Origin: Candidatus Micrarchaeota archaeon
GTDB taxonomy: Archaea > Micrarchaeota > Micrarchaeia > Anstonellales > Bilamarchaeaceae
DNA length: 48,867 nucleotides
Direction of reading: 5' to 3'
Assembly (NCBI GenBank): GCA_030613375.1
Contig: JAUWMC010000003.1
Span: 1-48,867, forward strand
The notes below the pieces were generated by a model that saw only the letters and a list, made by a program, of their open reading frames with translations, was not told the DNA's origin and ran no database searches. Of the stretch, positions 37,186-46,327 are shown one piece after another. A program made the translations under genes and the position numbers. Numbering within the stretch: position 1 is the stretch's first letter; every line of letters starts with the position of its first letter.

Positions 37186-38673
37186 CTAAGGGCAATAATC
37201 TACTGAAGGTGGGAGCTTAATGCCTTGCTCTTTGTAACGATCGCAATCTTTAAGGTATTCCAGCTTGGTCTTTCTGGAGGACTCAGTTGGGCGCCCCCAA
37301 TAATTAGTTTTGAATTCCTCGGGCCATTCCTCCCCCGGCATCCACAGGCCATACCTGGTTCCATCATATTTGAGGTACCACTCCGCAAACAACGGAATCA
37401 TTGGCCTTAGGGCCATGTCATCGTCAAACGTGTTGACCAGTCTGTAATATCTAATCTGCCTCTCTGAAAGTGCGGAGAAAGACCTTGCCTTTTTGCATTT
37501 TTCCGCACTCATATCTGGTATCCTGCTGCAGGCACGGGCAAATTTATCCGGGCTCACATGATGCCATCCATCATTTTGTGCAATAAGATCCGTTTCCTGG
37601 GCCAGTTCCATTTTTTTGAGGAGCTCGTGCTCCTGGTACTGCTTAATGCCAAAGTATATGCCAAGCCCAAGAATCGCTCCTGCTGTCAATATTGCTGCTG
37701 CCTTAAATATGCGCTTTAACCTGAATTTCCAGACTTTTTTAACTGACTCTTTATCATAAACTCCTTTTCCAGTATTTATGATTACTGCAGTATGACTGGG
37801 AAGAAGCCCATATTCTTTGGCCCCCACAAAAGCAACTGCGGAAGAGGGTTCTACATTCAATCCAATCCCAGTAAGGTAATTGTATTCTTCAGCTATCCTG
37901 GATTCATTATCGACTGTTTTTAGTTCAACGTACTCAGTGCCAAGGAGTTTGGAGACAAGGGATTTGAATTTTGAATACCCATTAACGAGTTTGTCGGCTA
38001 TGCTCTTTCCTGGTTTTGGATCGAAATCTTTCCTCCTAGTAAGAATATTATTCTTGATTGTTGTCCCAACAACTTTAGGTGCATCATCTCCCCAAAGCTT
38101 CTGTGCTGCGAATGCAAGCTCCACAAGAAGTTCACCTTCTCCTACGGGGCAGAAAATAAAATCTGGCTTAACGCCTTCTTCATGTATCTCTCTCACTATT
38201 GTTCCATATCCATTTACGAGGCTATAATCCTCAACACCTACGATATTAGAACTCCGCCCTAAATATCCAGTAACATCCTTTGCAATCAGCCTCATTCTGT
38301 CCATGGTGATTAGCTCGCTGAGATCCATCTCTACTACAGTTGAGCAGGTTTTGAGTGTTTCAATTGTTTTTGGATTGCTTCCCTTGGGAACAATATTTAC
38401 AACGTGGATTTTCTTTCCGGTTTTCCGCTCTTCCTCCTTTGCCATCCTTCCAAGGCTGTATCCTGAGTTTCCTGAGGTAATGTGCACAAAAACGAGTTCT
38501 TTTTTGCTGCTGTAATGCTCAAGAAGGGCAGCACACCTTCTGTCCTTAAAAGTTCCGAATGGATTTTTGCTCTCGTCTTTTACGAAAACCTTCGCTCCAT
38601 TGTATCTTCCGCAAAGCTCTATGCTCTTGAATAGGGGGGTCCTTCCTGCGCCCCTCGAAGAAACACCTTTCAT
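37186..38673 (-). CDS. Fold-type II PLP enzyme (threonine/cysteine synthase-like) fused to a TM helix and a Cys-containing C-terminal domain
   Basis: KDESKNPFGTFKDR (Schiff-base Lys), TSGNSG, PVGEG, EPSSA and INTG, then TM AAAILTAGAILGLGIYFGI. Confidence 0.85.
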   Translation of the reverse strand: MKGVSSRGAGRTPLFKSIELCGRYNGAKVFVKDESKNPFGTFKDRRCAALLEHYSSKKELVFVHITSGNSGYSLGRMAKEEERKTGKKIHVVNIVPKGSNPKTIETLKTCSTVVEMDLSELITMDRMRLIAKDVTGYLGRSSNIVGVEDYSLVNGYGTIVREIHEEGVKPDFIFCPVGEGELLVELAFAAQKLWGDDAPKVVGTTIKNNILTRRKDFDPKPGKSIADKLVNGYSKFKSLVSKLLGTEYVELKTVDNESRIAEEYNYLTGIGLNVEPSSAVAFVGAKEYGLLPSHTAVIINTGKGVYDKESVKKVWKFRLKRIFKAAAILTAGAILGLGIYFGIKQYQEHELLKKMELAQETDLIAQNDGWHHVSPDKFARACSRIPDMSAEKCKKARSFSALSERQIRYYRLVNTFDDDMALRPMIPLFAEWYLKYDGTRYGLWMPGEEWPEEFKTNYWGRPTESSRKTKLEYLKDCDRYKEQGIKLPPSVDYCP

Positions 38674-38817
38674 TGTTATATATAATATATAATAGTGTTT
38701 AAAAATGTAGTGGTGTGGAACGATGGACCCATTGTGGAACGGGACTATAATTATCTAGGAGTTTAATTATAAAAAGTGTGTCTGTGTGGGTTCTTAGAAC
38801 CCAAATTGGAGGTTTAG

Positions 38818-40776
38818 ATGGATATGACAGAAATAAAATTTCCTGGTGGATTGCGGATAGCACTTTCAAAGGATAAGACAAAAACGCTCCTTGCAAGGGA
38901 GATGTTTCTCTATTCGGAAAAGGTGGAAGAGGAAGATATGTGGGGCTTCTTCGAACAGATGTCCAAATCTAGGGTGCCATTCCTAGGGTTCCTGGACTTT
39001 TCTGGAATACTTTCGCTCAATACATTCAAGCTAATTGTAAAACGGAACAACAATACTGTGAGCTTCTATACAGAAGAGAAGAAACACCTTGAGGGCCAGT
39101 CTGCACTGGCATTTCCGTTCAGGCTGGGGGAGAAAACGCGAGTAGAAGTCAGGCATGGGTCCAGCCACCCATTCACAAAATTCTATATGATGGGGGGAGG
39201 GAAATACGATTTCCTGGATTTCATGCTCAAGGAGGACATAGAAGAGCTTGAGCTGAACATAAGTAAAGTATTAGGCAGGTTCGTTGCAGCAGGGGCTGCA
39301 ATAGATAAGAAGGGCAAAAAGAGGGCCGTGACCGTATTCGGGCCCCACAAATTCTTCAGGATAAACCTGGAGGAAAAGCCATCTGTATACATTGAGGTTT
39401 TGGATCCGCTGCCCAAGAAAAAGCAGACAACCTCCAATTTCCCAGTATTTGAAGATGCTGGGCAGACACTGGGCGTGGACAACTATGACCCGATGCAGCA
39501 CACGTTGGTAGTGGGGACTTCTGGATCTGGAAAGAGCAAGGCCCTCTATGTCCTTCTCAAAGCAATAGAGCACAAATATGGGAATGATGCAAGGATAGTC
39601 ATTGTAGATCCACATGGAGAGTTCTGCAGGATGTTTCCGCATAATAAGAGGGTAGATTTTGTAAAGAACTATATCGAGCCTTTGGATGTGGGCAGGCAGA
39701 AATCGCCCATGATGACACAGCTTGTTGCACAACTTCTTTCTTCATCCGTAGGGGATGAGAACAAGTACTCTGAAAGAGTGCTGTTTTATGCTGTGCATCT
39801 ATTGAGTTCACTAGACAAGCTGGAGCTGGGAAACATAAGTTCGCTTCTTACTGAACCCACTAAGCGGGCAGAATATTTGAGCACATGCGAAAATGACGAG
39901 GTAAAGAGGTTCTTTGATGAGGAGTATAATGATATTTACATACACCACTTCAATAGTGCGGTGCTCCCGATACTGAACTTCATAGGGGAATATGAGCTGT
40001 ATATGGGAAAGGAAAAGAAGCTTGAGCGGCTATATGATATGGTGCGCAAGAACAAGATTACTGTGCTTTCTTTTGACCCGAAATTCTTTGGGAGAAAGAT
40101 GATTAAGTTCCTTTCAGGGGCGATAATAAACCAGATGTACCTTCTTGCGATTACGGGAAAGTTCATGGACAAGAAAACAATCCTTGTGATGGATGAGTTT
40201 CCCCGGATTGAAACAAAAGTAGCAAAGGATATTCTTTCGGAAACAAGAAAGTTCAACATGTTTGCATACTTCTCATGCCAGTATATGGGGCAGCTTAGCA
40301 AGGAAATTTTGGATTCAATGGTTTCGAATACAAGGAACATCATTGCGTTCAAGCTGAACAGGCAGGATGCTACTCTTCTGAGCTCGGTGATGGAGATTAA
40401 GCTGGAGGAGTACTTCAAGAAGAGGAGGGCGCAGACCGAGCTTGAGGAATCCAAAAAAGAGATGTTTATACGGCTTAACCAAAGAGAATGCATTGCAAGG
40501 CTATATGATGGGAAGAATTACCTTATTCCCATGAAGCTCAAGGTGGTGGATGCGCATAAATGGGGCTTCAATGAAAGCATGGAGATAGATTCAAAAATCG
40601 AGCCAGAAGAACCTCCAGAAAGCGGGGAGGATGGATCAAGTGATGGGAACGGCGGGAGCCCCCCATTTGGGGAACAAAATGGGCTGCCGGAGCCAATGAT
40701 AGACAGTAAGGAGCTGGACAAGAAAGCAGGGGGAGGGCTTCCAGATAAGCTCACACGAGGGCAGATACTAATCTAA
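38818..40776 (+). CDS. HerA/FtsK-superfamily ATPase (DUF87, VirD4/TrwB-like)
   Basis: Walker A GTSGSGKS, IVDPHGE, Walker B LVMDEF, LSETRKF (Arg finger), CQYMGQL and IIAFKL..QDA; GGAGG SD. Confidence 0.88.
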   Translation: MDMTEIKFPGGLRIALSKDKTKTLLAREMFLYSEKVEEEDMWGFFEQMSKSRVPFLGFLDFSGILSLNTFKLIVKRNNNTVSFYTEEKKHLEGQSALAFPFRLGEKTRVEVRHGSSHPFTKFYMMGGGKYDFLDFMLKEDIEELELNISKVLGRFVAAGAAIDKKGKKRAVTVFGPHKFFRINLEEKPSVYIEVLDPLPKKKQTTSNFPVFEDAGQTLGVDNYDPMQHTLVVGTSGSGKSKALYVLLKAIEHKYGNDARIVIVDPHGEFCRMFPHNKRVDFVKNYIEPLDVGRQKSPMMTQLVAQLLSSSVGDENKYSERVLFYAVHLLSSLDKLELGNISSLLTEPTKRAEYLSTCENDEVKRFFDEEYNDIYIHHFNSAVLPILNFIGEYELYMGKEKKLERLYDMVRKNKITVLSFDPKFFGRKMIKFLSGAIINQMYLLAITGKFMDKKTILVMDEFPRIETKVAKDILSETRKFNMFAYFSCQYMGQLSKEILDSMVSNTRNIIAFKLNRQDATLLSSVMEIKLEEYFKKRRAQTELEESKKEMFIRLNQRECIARLYDGKNYLIPMKLKVVDAHKWGFNESMEIDSKIEPEEPPESGEDGSSDGNGGSPPFGEQNGLPEPMIDSKELDKKAGGGLPDKLTRGQILI

Positions 40777-42363
40777 TGCACCAATATTGTAAATGTCCCA
40801 TTTGAGGGACTTGGTTTTTTCCAGTTCGGAATGCATCTGTTCAAGCAGGGAAGACTTTATTGCCCGATACTTTTCGGGAGGGAGAGGAGCATTTCCTATT
40901 GAGTTAGTAGAGTTTTTCACGTTGAAACAAAACATGGAATCCCTCACGTTCTCGCAATTGTGCAGGAAGTAGCCTCCAGAGCAATTGCTGGAATTGTCAG
41001 CCTCTAAGCATCGGTTCATTTTCTTGGAATAGTTAATTTTCAGGCAAAAGGAGGAATGAAAGCCTGCGCGGCACCCAAATACATCAGAGGAATGCCTTAT
41101 CCAGGTGCAGACTCCGGACTTCTTTGAGAATATGGCAGGGAGTACAAGGTAGCAATCCGAAGAATTGAGAGTGGTAGTGCAATCAAGCATGTTTGTGCTG
41201 TTAGTACTGTAATCAAAGGGCATGTAAGCAATCCTTCCGATTATCTCTCCGACATTCTTTAGTGTGCGGGATTCTGCCTCATCTTCTGTGAATTTCATTC
41301 TTTCCTTGATGATTTCCCACTCGTCCTTGCGAATCAAGCGATGTTCAGGGATGCGCCCCAGGTTGCAGTAGTCCACACGCACAATTTTCCTGTCTGTAAA
41401 AGCGGATTTAGAGTTTCTGCGGTTCCAGAGATTTCTACTGAGCCATTCAGAATATTTGCCTATTTCGTACAAAGGCTTTCCAAAAAGGATTGAAGTAGTT
41501 TCAGAGAACTCCTTTTCGATTGTCTCCTTGTTGGCAGAGGGCTCTTTGAATTTATGGTCCTTTAGCGTCTGCTTTAGCTCTTCGTGCTCCTTTGGGTATT
41601 CTTTTGCACCCTCCACAATGTCCATCAGGGAGTTGAGTCGTTTTTTAGAAACAAGTTCCTCCCGAATTTCCTCGAGCAGCTTCTTTTTGAGCTCTAGGTA
41701 TTTTTCCTTGGTAAGCTCTAGGTTCCCAATCGCGTACTTTTTCGCATATGAATTAAACGTAAAGAAGGTTTCACGGCAGCCATCGCAATTATAGGTGAAG
41801 TATCCGTCCGAGCAGCTTCTGGAATTCCAAATTTCAAAGCACCTGTTGCAGTCATAGGTTTCGTAGATCTTGATGCACTGCCTGCTTACGCCCGCCCCAT
41901 TTGAGCCAAAGCAATACTCTCCCTCTGGAGAAAGACAGAGGTGCGCTATGTATTTTGCATCCACAAGCTGAGTGGAGTTGTAAACATATGAGCTGTCTAT
42001 TATGTTTGAGGCCTTTTCCACAAATTGGGAATTGCCAAGCACTATATTCCCAGTGTAGTAAAATCTATCCTGGAGAGCTTCCACTATGCTGTCGATGTCT
42101 TTTACCTCATTTATATTGAGAGGCTCAAACTTCTTCCCGAAGTCCAGCTCATCCAATCCCATGAATTTTCCTTTTTTGCAGTAAGAATCAATCCCAAAGT
42201 ACACATCCTTGCCGGAAATTGAGGACGTTTCTTTTCTTGAGGCCTCCACCCCTGAAAGAAGCCAGGGTTCATAGTCCTGCATATCTCCTATTTCCTGCCC
42301 AAAGAGCACTTTGCATGTTGATTTCCATGCTTTATTCAGGGCTTCATATGTTTGGGAATTCAT
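40768..42363 (-). CDS. Cys-rich repeat (beta-solenoid-like) protein, two-domain, paralog 4
   Basis: 531 aa from ATG 42363 (GGTGA SD, ATGA overlap); two homologous ~260-aa domains ending F.FN....IGN..L....Y...K..L. Confidence 0.85.
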   Translation of the reverse strand: MNSQTYEALNKAWKSTCKVLFGQEIGDMQDYEPWLLSGVEASRKETSSISGKDVYFGIDSYCKKGKFMGLDELDFGKKFEPLNINEVKDIDSIVEALQDRFYYTGNIVLGNSQFVEKASNIIDSSYVYNSTQLVDAKYIAHLCLSPEGEYCFGSNGAGVSRQCIKIYETYDCNRCFEIWNSRSCSDGYFTYNCDGCRETFFTFNSYAKKYAIGNLELTKEKYLELKKKLLEEIREELVSKKRLNSLMDIVEGAKEYPKEHEELKQTLKDHKFKEPSANKETIEKEFSETTSILFGKPLYEIGKYSEWLSRNLWNRRNSKSAFTDRKIVRVDYCNLGRIPEHRLIRKDEWEIIKERMKFTEDEAESRTLKNVGEIIGRIAYMPFDYSTNSTNMLDCTTTLNSSDCYLVLPAIFSKKSGVCTWIRHSSDVFGCRAGFHSSFCLKINYSKKMNRCLEADNSSNCSGGYFLHNCENVRDSMFCFNVKNSTNSIGNAPLPPEKYRAIKSSLLEQMHSELEKTKSLKWDIYNIGALD

Positions 42364-43142
42364 TTTTTCACCTTTGCACAGCAGATATTGTAGATGTCCC
42401 ACTTGAGAGATTTGGTTTTCTCAAGCTCTTCTGAAATTTGTTCCAGGAGGGACGACTTAATCCGCTTATACTCATCTGGTAAGTATTGTACATTGCCGAT
42501 TGCATGCTTCAGATTCTTTGCGTTAAAGCAGAACATGGAGTCCCTCACGTTTTCGCAATTGTGGCAAAAGAAGAGATCACTGGAATTCGAACATGCATCA
42601 ATCTCAAAACAACGGTTTACTGAAACAGAATTGTAAGCATGGATGCAGAACGCGGATTTGGTTATGCTGCGGCAACCGAACATGTTTTGGCAATATAGTG
42701 CATAGTATGAATACGCAACATTTTTCACATCCAAGAATACGTCTTCAGAATAGTAGATATTCCGGCCAGCACCAGCACCGCTGCTCTTTTCAATATTCTC
42801 GTATGTCGAATACCTAAAATTGCCACAGTAAAAAGCAACGGGCTTAACGAACTTTGTCAGAATGTCTTTTACGGTAGCGTTTTTTATGTCGTCCGGGCTA
42901 AACGAAGAAACACTGGCATCATCCATCTCATCCAGAGAGATTATTCTTGATGGATTAAATTTTTTGTTGAGATATATCATTGGGGGTGGGACCCAGACTT
43001 CTTTGCTGCTAAATGCAGATTTTACCATGTATGGGCGCGGGATCCTTTTCCCAATCCACTGCCCGTATTCATCTATTCCGTGAAGTTCCGTGCCGAGCAG
43101 GAGTTTTGTAGTTTCACTAAATGACTTTTCCAATTCTTCCAT
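42360..43142 (-). CDS. Cys-rich repeat protein, C-type domain only, paralog 3
   Basis: EKSFSETTKLLLG..L..I.EY..W, RCFEID.C.NSSD.FFCHNCENVRDSMFCFN.KN...IGN and KSLKWDIYNI. Confidence 0.85.
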   Translation of the reverse strand: MEELEKSFSETTKLLLGTELHGIDEYGQWIGKRIPRPYMVKSAFSSKEVWVPPPMIYLNKKFNPSRIISLDEMDDASVSSFSPDDIKNATVKDILTKFVKPVAFYCGNFRYSTYENIEKSSGAGAGRNIYYSEDVFLDVKNVAYSYYALYCQNMFGCRSITKSAFCIHAYNSVSVNRCFEIDACSNSSDLFFCHNCENVRDSMFCFNAKNLKHAIGNVQYLPDEYKRIKSSLLEQISEELEKTKSLKWDIYNICCAKVKK

Positions 43143-43144
43143 GC

Positions 43145-43915
43145 TCACCACCCCTCCATAAAATCAATAATAGAAAAACCTAATCGCTTTTCTTTTTTTA
43201 TCTGCTCGGCCATCTCCCCAACCAGCTTGGCCTTAAGCTGAACGTATTCATCTTTTCCGAGCTGCACATTTCCAATAAGATGGCGCTTTGTCCGCAAATT
43301 GAAAGTGAATAAGCAATCTGTGCAATTCATGAGGTTGTATGAAAAGTAGCAGTCTGAAGAACCTATACAGGTACAGCATTCGAAACAGCGCCTCAATTTG
43401 TTGTTATAGAAACACCTGACGATATGAGTTGATTGCCCGCTCGAGGTAGAGCCAAATGTATCCTCATTTTCGCGCATCAGGTATGAATACGCGACGTTCT
43501 TGCTGCGCACAATAAATGAGGAATTCAGAATGTCTGTACTATCAACAATCGCGTCTGAATGCTCTACATTGCGTGAGTTTCCAAGTGCTTTGTTCCCGCT
43601 GTAAACAAATCTCTCTTTTAGAGTTTCTACTATCGAATCCATGTCCTTTATCTTGTTTATGTCAAAGGGCTGGGAAGCGGACTTGGAGGTGACATCTTGT
43701 TCTTCTCCATAATCAAAGAATTTTGCTTCTTTTTGGTACTGTTCTGAAGCCACCCAGAGTTTTTTACCTGAGAATGAGGAGACTACTGTTTGCCCTATGG
43801 CTGCTCCATTCAGATAAGGCTCATATTCTGCTAATTCGCCCATCTCCTGCCCGAAAAGAATCTTTGTGGTGGAGTTCCAGGATTTGTTTAGGGATTCGTA
43901 AGTCGCTGAATTCAT
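43145..43915 (-). CDS. Cys-rich repeat protein, N-type domain only, paralog 2
   Basis: LNKSWNSTTKILFGQEMGEL.EY, P.DINKIKDMDS, Y.GNK.LGNS and FTFNLR....IGN; GAGGTGA SD, ATGA overlap. Confidence 0.85.
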   Translation of the reverse strand: MNSATYESLNKSWNSTTKILFGQEMGELAEYEPYLNGAAIGQTVVSSFSGKKLWVASEQYQKEAKFFDYGEEQDVTSKSASQPFDINKIKDMDSIVETLKERFVYSGNKALGNSRNVEHSDAIVDSTDILNSSFIVRSKNVAYSYLMRENEDTFGSTSSGQSTHIVRCFYNNKLRRCFECCTCIGSSDCYFSYNLMNCTDCLFTFNLRTKRHLIGNVQLGKDEYVQLKAKLVGEMAEQIKKEKRLGFSIIDFMEGW

Positions 43916-45510
43916 GCCTTCACCTCAGAACATCCAATATTGTAAATATTCATCTCAAGGACATTGTTCTTGAGTATCCTGTCTCCGAGCTGCTCGAGCA
44001 GGGAATCCTTAATTGATTTGTATTTTGCAGGGGGAAGAGGGAAATTGCCTATTGCATACCTCAAGCCCTTTACGTTGCAGCAGAACATGCAGTCTGCAAG
44101 TGCTTCAGAATTGTGGCAGAAATAGGAATCCGAGCATTTTGTGGAATTGTCCACCTCAAAACAACGGGTAAGATATGTGGAGTTGTAGCAATTGATGCAG
44201 AATTTGGAAGAGAGTATCTTGAAGCAACCATAGGTATATTCTGATTCCAAGGACATGGAGCAGTAGCCTGCATGCTGACCATATGTAGAATCATAAGTTT
44301 TGTATGCGTTGGAAGCATGATAGATAACTGGACAATCCTTCACATTTTCCCTTTTTCCAGAAGTAAATTCAGCAGTGAAAAAAGCTATCTTATGTAGATT
44401 ATCACAAAGAGAGTTGAATGAATAGATGTCCTCTTCAGCCAACTTTTCATTTCCGAGTTCTAGAGCTTCATTTTCTGAAACTCTCCTTTCCTCAGGAGCA
44501 AGTGTGATATTAGTTCTCCCTCCGGTTTCAGGGAATAATGCTTTGCATCCAAAGGGACTTTTCTTTTCTTTCACCTTTAATGTGTAATTGGAAAGCCAGT
44601 CCCCATACTCATCTATTTTTGCCGGCTCCTTCCGAAACAAAAGCTTGAATGTTGAGGAGAACCCTTTCTCTATTTCATTCATGTTTATCGTTTCATCGGG
44701 TTCAAGGTGGGAAAGGTCTTTTTTCTGGAGTATGGGCTTATTTCTTGTTATATCAAAAATATTGGGCAAACTCCTGTTGGTTTCAAGATAACCCGTTATT
44801 TCTCCAAGAAGTTTCTGCTTGAGTAAAAGATACTTGTCTTTTGGAAGGCATAAATTCCCTATGCAATTGCGCTTGTTCCTCTGATTAAAGCAAAATAGGA
44901 GGTCATGGCACCCTGCACAGTTAAAAGAAAAGTAAATGTCACTGCTGTCAATTGCCCAATGGCTTTCGAATATTCTGGATGCCTTAAATACTGCAGTACT
45001 GCGAATGACAAAATCTGATTTTCCAAGATATGTACAGCCAAAAGAATACTTGCATTCTCTCCCCATAAAAGAACGATACGTGTGTGATGAATACTGAAGG
45101 TTTGCAGAATCAAGAATTTTCTGGCAATTTGTGATGGAATCTGACTGTTTGACCTCAGAGGAATTTCCCAAAACTTTGTTTCCAGTATATGTCCATCTCT
45201 CAGAAATTGCATCAGCAAGAGAATCAATATCTTTTATTTCGTTTATGTTGAGGGGCTCAGTTTCTTTGACTTCTTCTCCCTGAGAGATAACATGTGCACT
45301 GGAACAGTAGTGGTCATCTGAAAGGACTACGTTTTCCCCGGAAACACAGGATTTTCTTATGCCGAATGGATGATAGTAATCATTGAGCCAGTCAGTGTAT
45401 TCTTTGAGTTCCCCGATTTCACGCCCTAGGATTATCTTGCAGGTACTTTTCCAGCTCTTGTCCAGTGTGGTGGATAATCCTGAAGGAGATTCATTACTAA
45501 CCACACGCAT
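43912..45510 (-). CDS. Cys-rich repeat protein, two-domain, paralog 1
   Basis: 532 aa with about 25 Cys; LDKSWKSTCKIILG, PLNINEIKDIDS and YTGNKVLGNS; the second domain ends IGN.PL...KY..IK.SLLEQ..IYNIG. Confidence 0.85.
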   Translation of the reverse strand: MRVVSNESPSGLSTTLDKSWKSTCKIILGREIGELKEYTDWLNDYYHPFGIRKSCVSGENVVLSDDHYCSSAHVISQGEEVKETEPLNINEIKDIDSLADAISERWTYTGNKVLGNSSEVKQSDSITNCQKILDSANLQYSSHTYRSFMGRECKYSFGCTYLGKSDFVIRSTAVFKASRIFESHWAIDSSDIYFSFNCAGCHDLLFCFNQRNKRNCIGNLCLPKDKYLLLKQKLLGEITGYLETNRSLPNIFDITRNKPILQKKDLSHLEPDETINMNEIEKGFSSTFKLLFRKEPAKIDEYGDWLSNYTLKVKEKKSPFGCKALFPETGGRTNITLAPEERRVSENEALELGNEKLAEEDIYSFNSLCDNLHKIAFFTAEFTSGKRENVKDCPVIYHASNAYKTYDSTYGQHAGYCSMSLESEYTYGCFKILSSKFCINCYNSTYLTRCFEVDNSTKCSDSYFCHNSEALADCMFCCNVKGLRYAIGNFPLPPAKYKSIKDSLLEQLGDRILKNNVLEMNIYNIGCSEVKA

Positions 45511-45514
45511 ACAC

Positions 45515-45562
45515 TAATTATAATATATGTTATAGATATAATTAATCCCGCTCTGGAGCGGG
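45515..45562 (-). promoter_or_regulatory. Promoter of the Cys-rich operon: GC palindrome next to AT-rich TATA region
   Basis: Perfect CCCGCTC-tg-GAGCGGG (45547-45562) immediately upstream (minus sense) of TAATTATAT, about 30 nt before ATG 45510; a second inverted repeat TAATTATA...TATAATTA spans 45515-45544. Confidence 0.6.
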
Positions 45563-45564
45563 TT

Positions 45565-46293
45565 TCAAAGCTTTCTTATTACATTCCAAAAAACAGGAAG
45601 GAGCTTTGCCTCTGCTTTCCTTAGGTGCTCTGCAAGAGTAGATGGGGACAAATCCAGCTTTTCCGCAAGCTCTTCAATGGAGATTTTCTTGGGAACTTCA
45701 TAATAGCCATAATCACAAGCAAGCTGGAAAACCTCCAGTTGTTTGGAAGTAAGAAGTTCCTTGGCAGACTGCAGGTCAAAAAAGCCGCTCGTGCGGAAAA
45801 CATTCAGGGAAGGGGAATCCTCCTTTTTCAGATATCTTTTCTTCTTAAGCTTTACATCTGCATAATCTTTATCTTCTGATAATCGCTTAATCAGCTCGCT
45901 CATTTCCTTGTGAGATGGGGCAAGGAGAATTTCAGAGTCCACTCCATCTTTGGTTACCGGAGATTCAAGCATCTTTACATTGGTTTGATGGAGGATTCTG
46001 TAGGTCATGGCTTCGTAGCTGGAAGTTACTACAAGGAGTGCGCTATTAGAAGAGTGGGTGATAATTTCCACATTCTTTACAAGAGGGTGTTTCCTTATGC
46101 GCTCTATGTCCTTCTTTGGGTCAGGAGAATTAAGCTGTATTGTATTGGTTATGTTATCCCCGTGGACCTGAGAGAGTGTGGAAACTAAAGTTGCATCAGG
46201 ATTCCTGTCCGTGATGTCGCAAAACCAGCAAAGGTGATTTATGTCCAATTCAAAGAGCACAGGCTTCTTTTTGTTCTTCTCTTTTTCTATCAC
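45565..46293 (-). CDS. Bacterio-opsin-activator-type (HTH_10) transcriptional regulator
   Basis: C-terminal LTSKQLEVF.LA...GYYEVPKKIS.EELA..L.LS.ST..EHLRKAE.K and N-terminal H.CW; start placed at GTG 46293. Confidence 0.9.
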   Translation of the reverse strand: MIEKEKNKKKPVLFELDINHLCWFCDITDRNPDATLVSTLSQVHGDNITNTIQLNSPDPKKDIERIRKHPLVKNVEIITHSSNSALLVVTSSYEAMTYRILHQTNVKMLESPVTKDGVDSEILLAPSHKEMSELIKRLSEDKDYADVKLKKKRYLKKEDSPSLNVFRTSGFFDLQSAKELLTSKQLEVFQLACDYGYYEVPKKISIEELAEKLDLSPSTLAEHLRKAEAKLLPVFWNVIRKL

Positions 46294-46327
46294 GAGAAGA
46301 ATAAAGAAAGGAAAAAAATAAAAGGGG

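Noticed and set aside
38699-38896. TGTGGAACG direct repeat and short ORFs in the PLP-enzyme/ATPase spacer
   Set aside because: Only two copies and no start/SD-supported frame; insufficient evidence for a gene or element.
40780-42570. Near-identical nucleotide stretches (~40931-40964 vs ~42532-42565) as DGR template/variable repeats
   Set aside because: Both copies are coding paralog ends, differences are mostly synonymous and not adenine-specific, and no reverse transcriptase is present.
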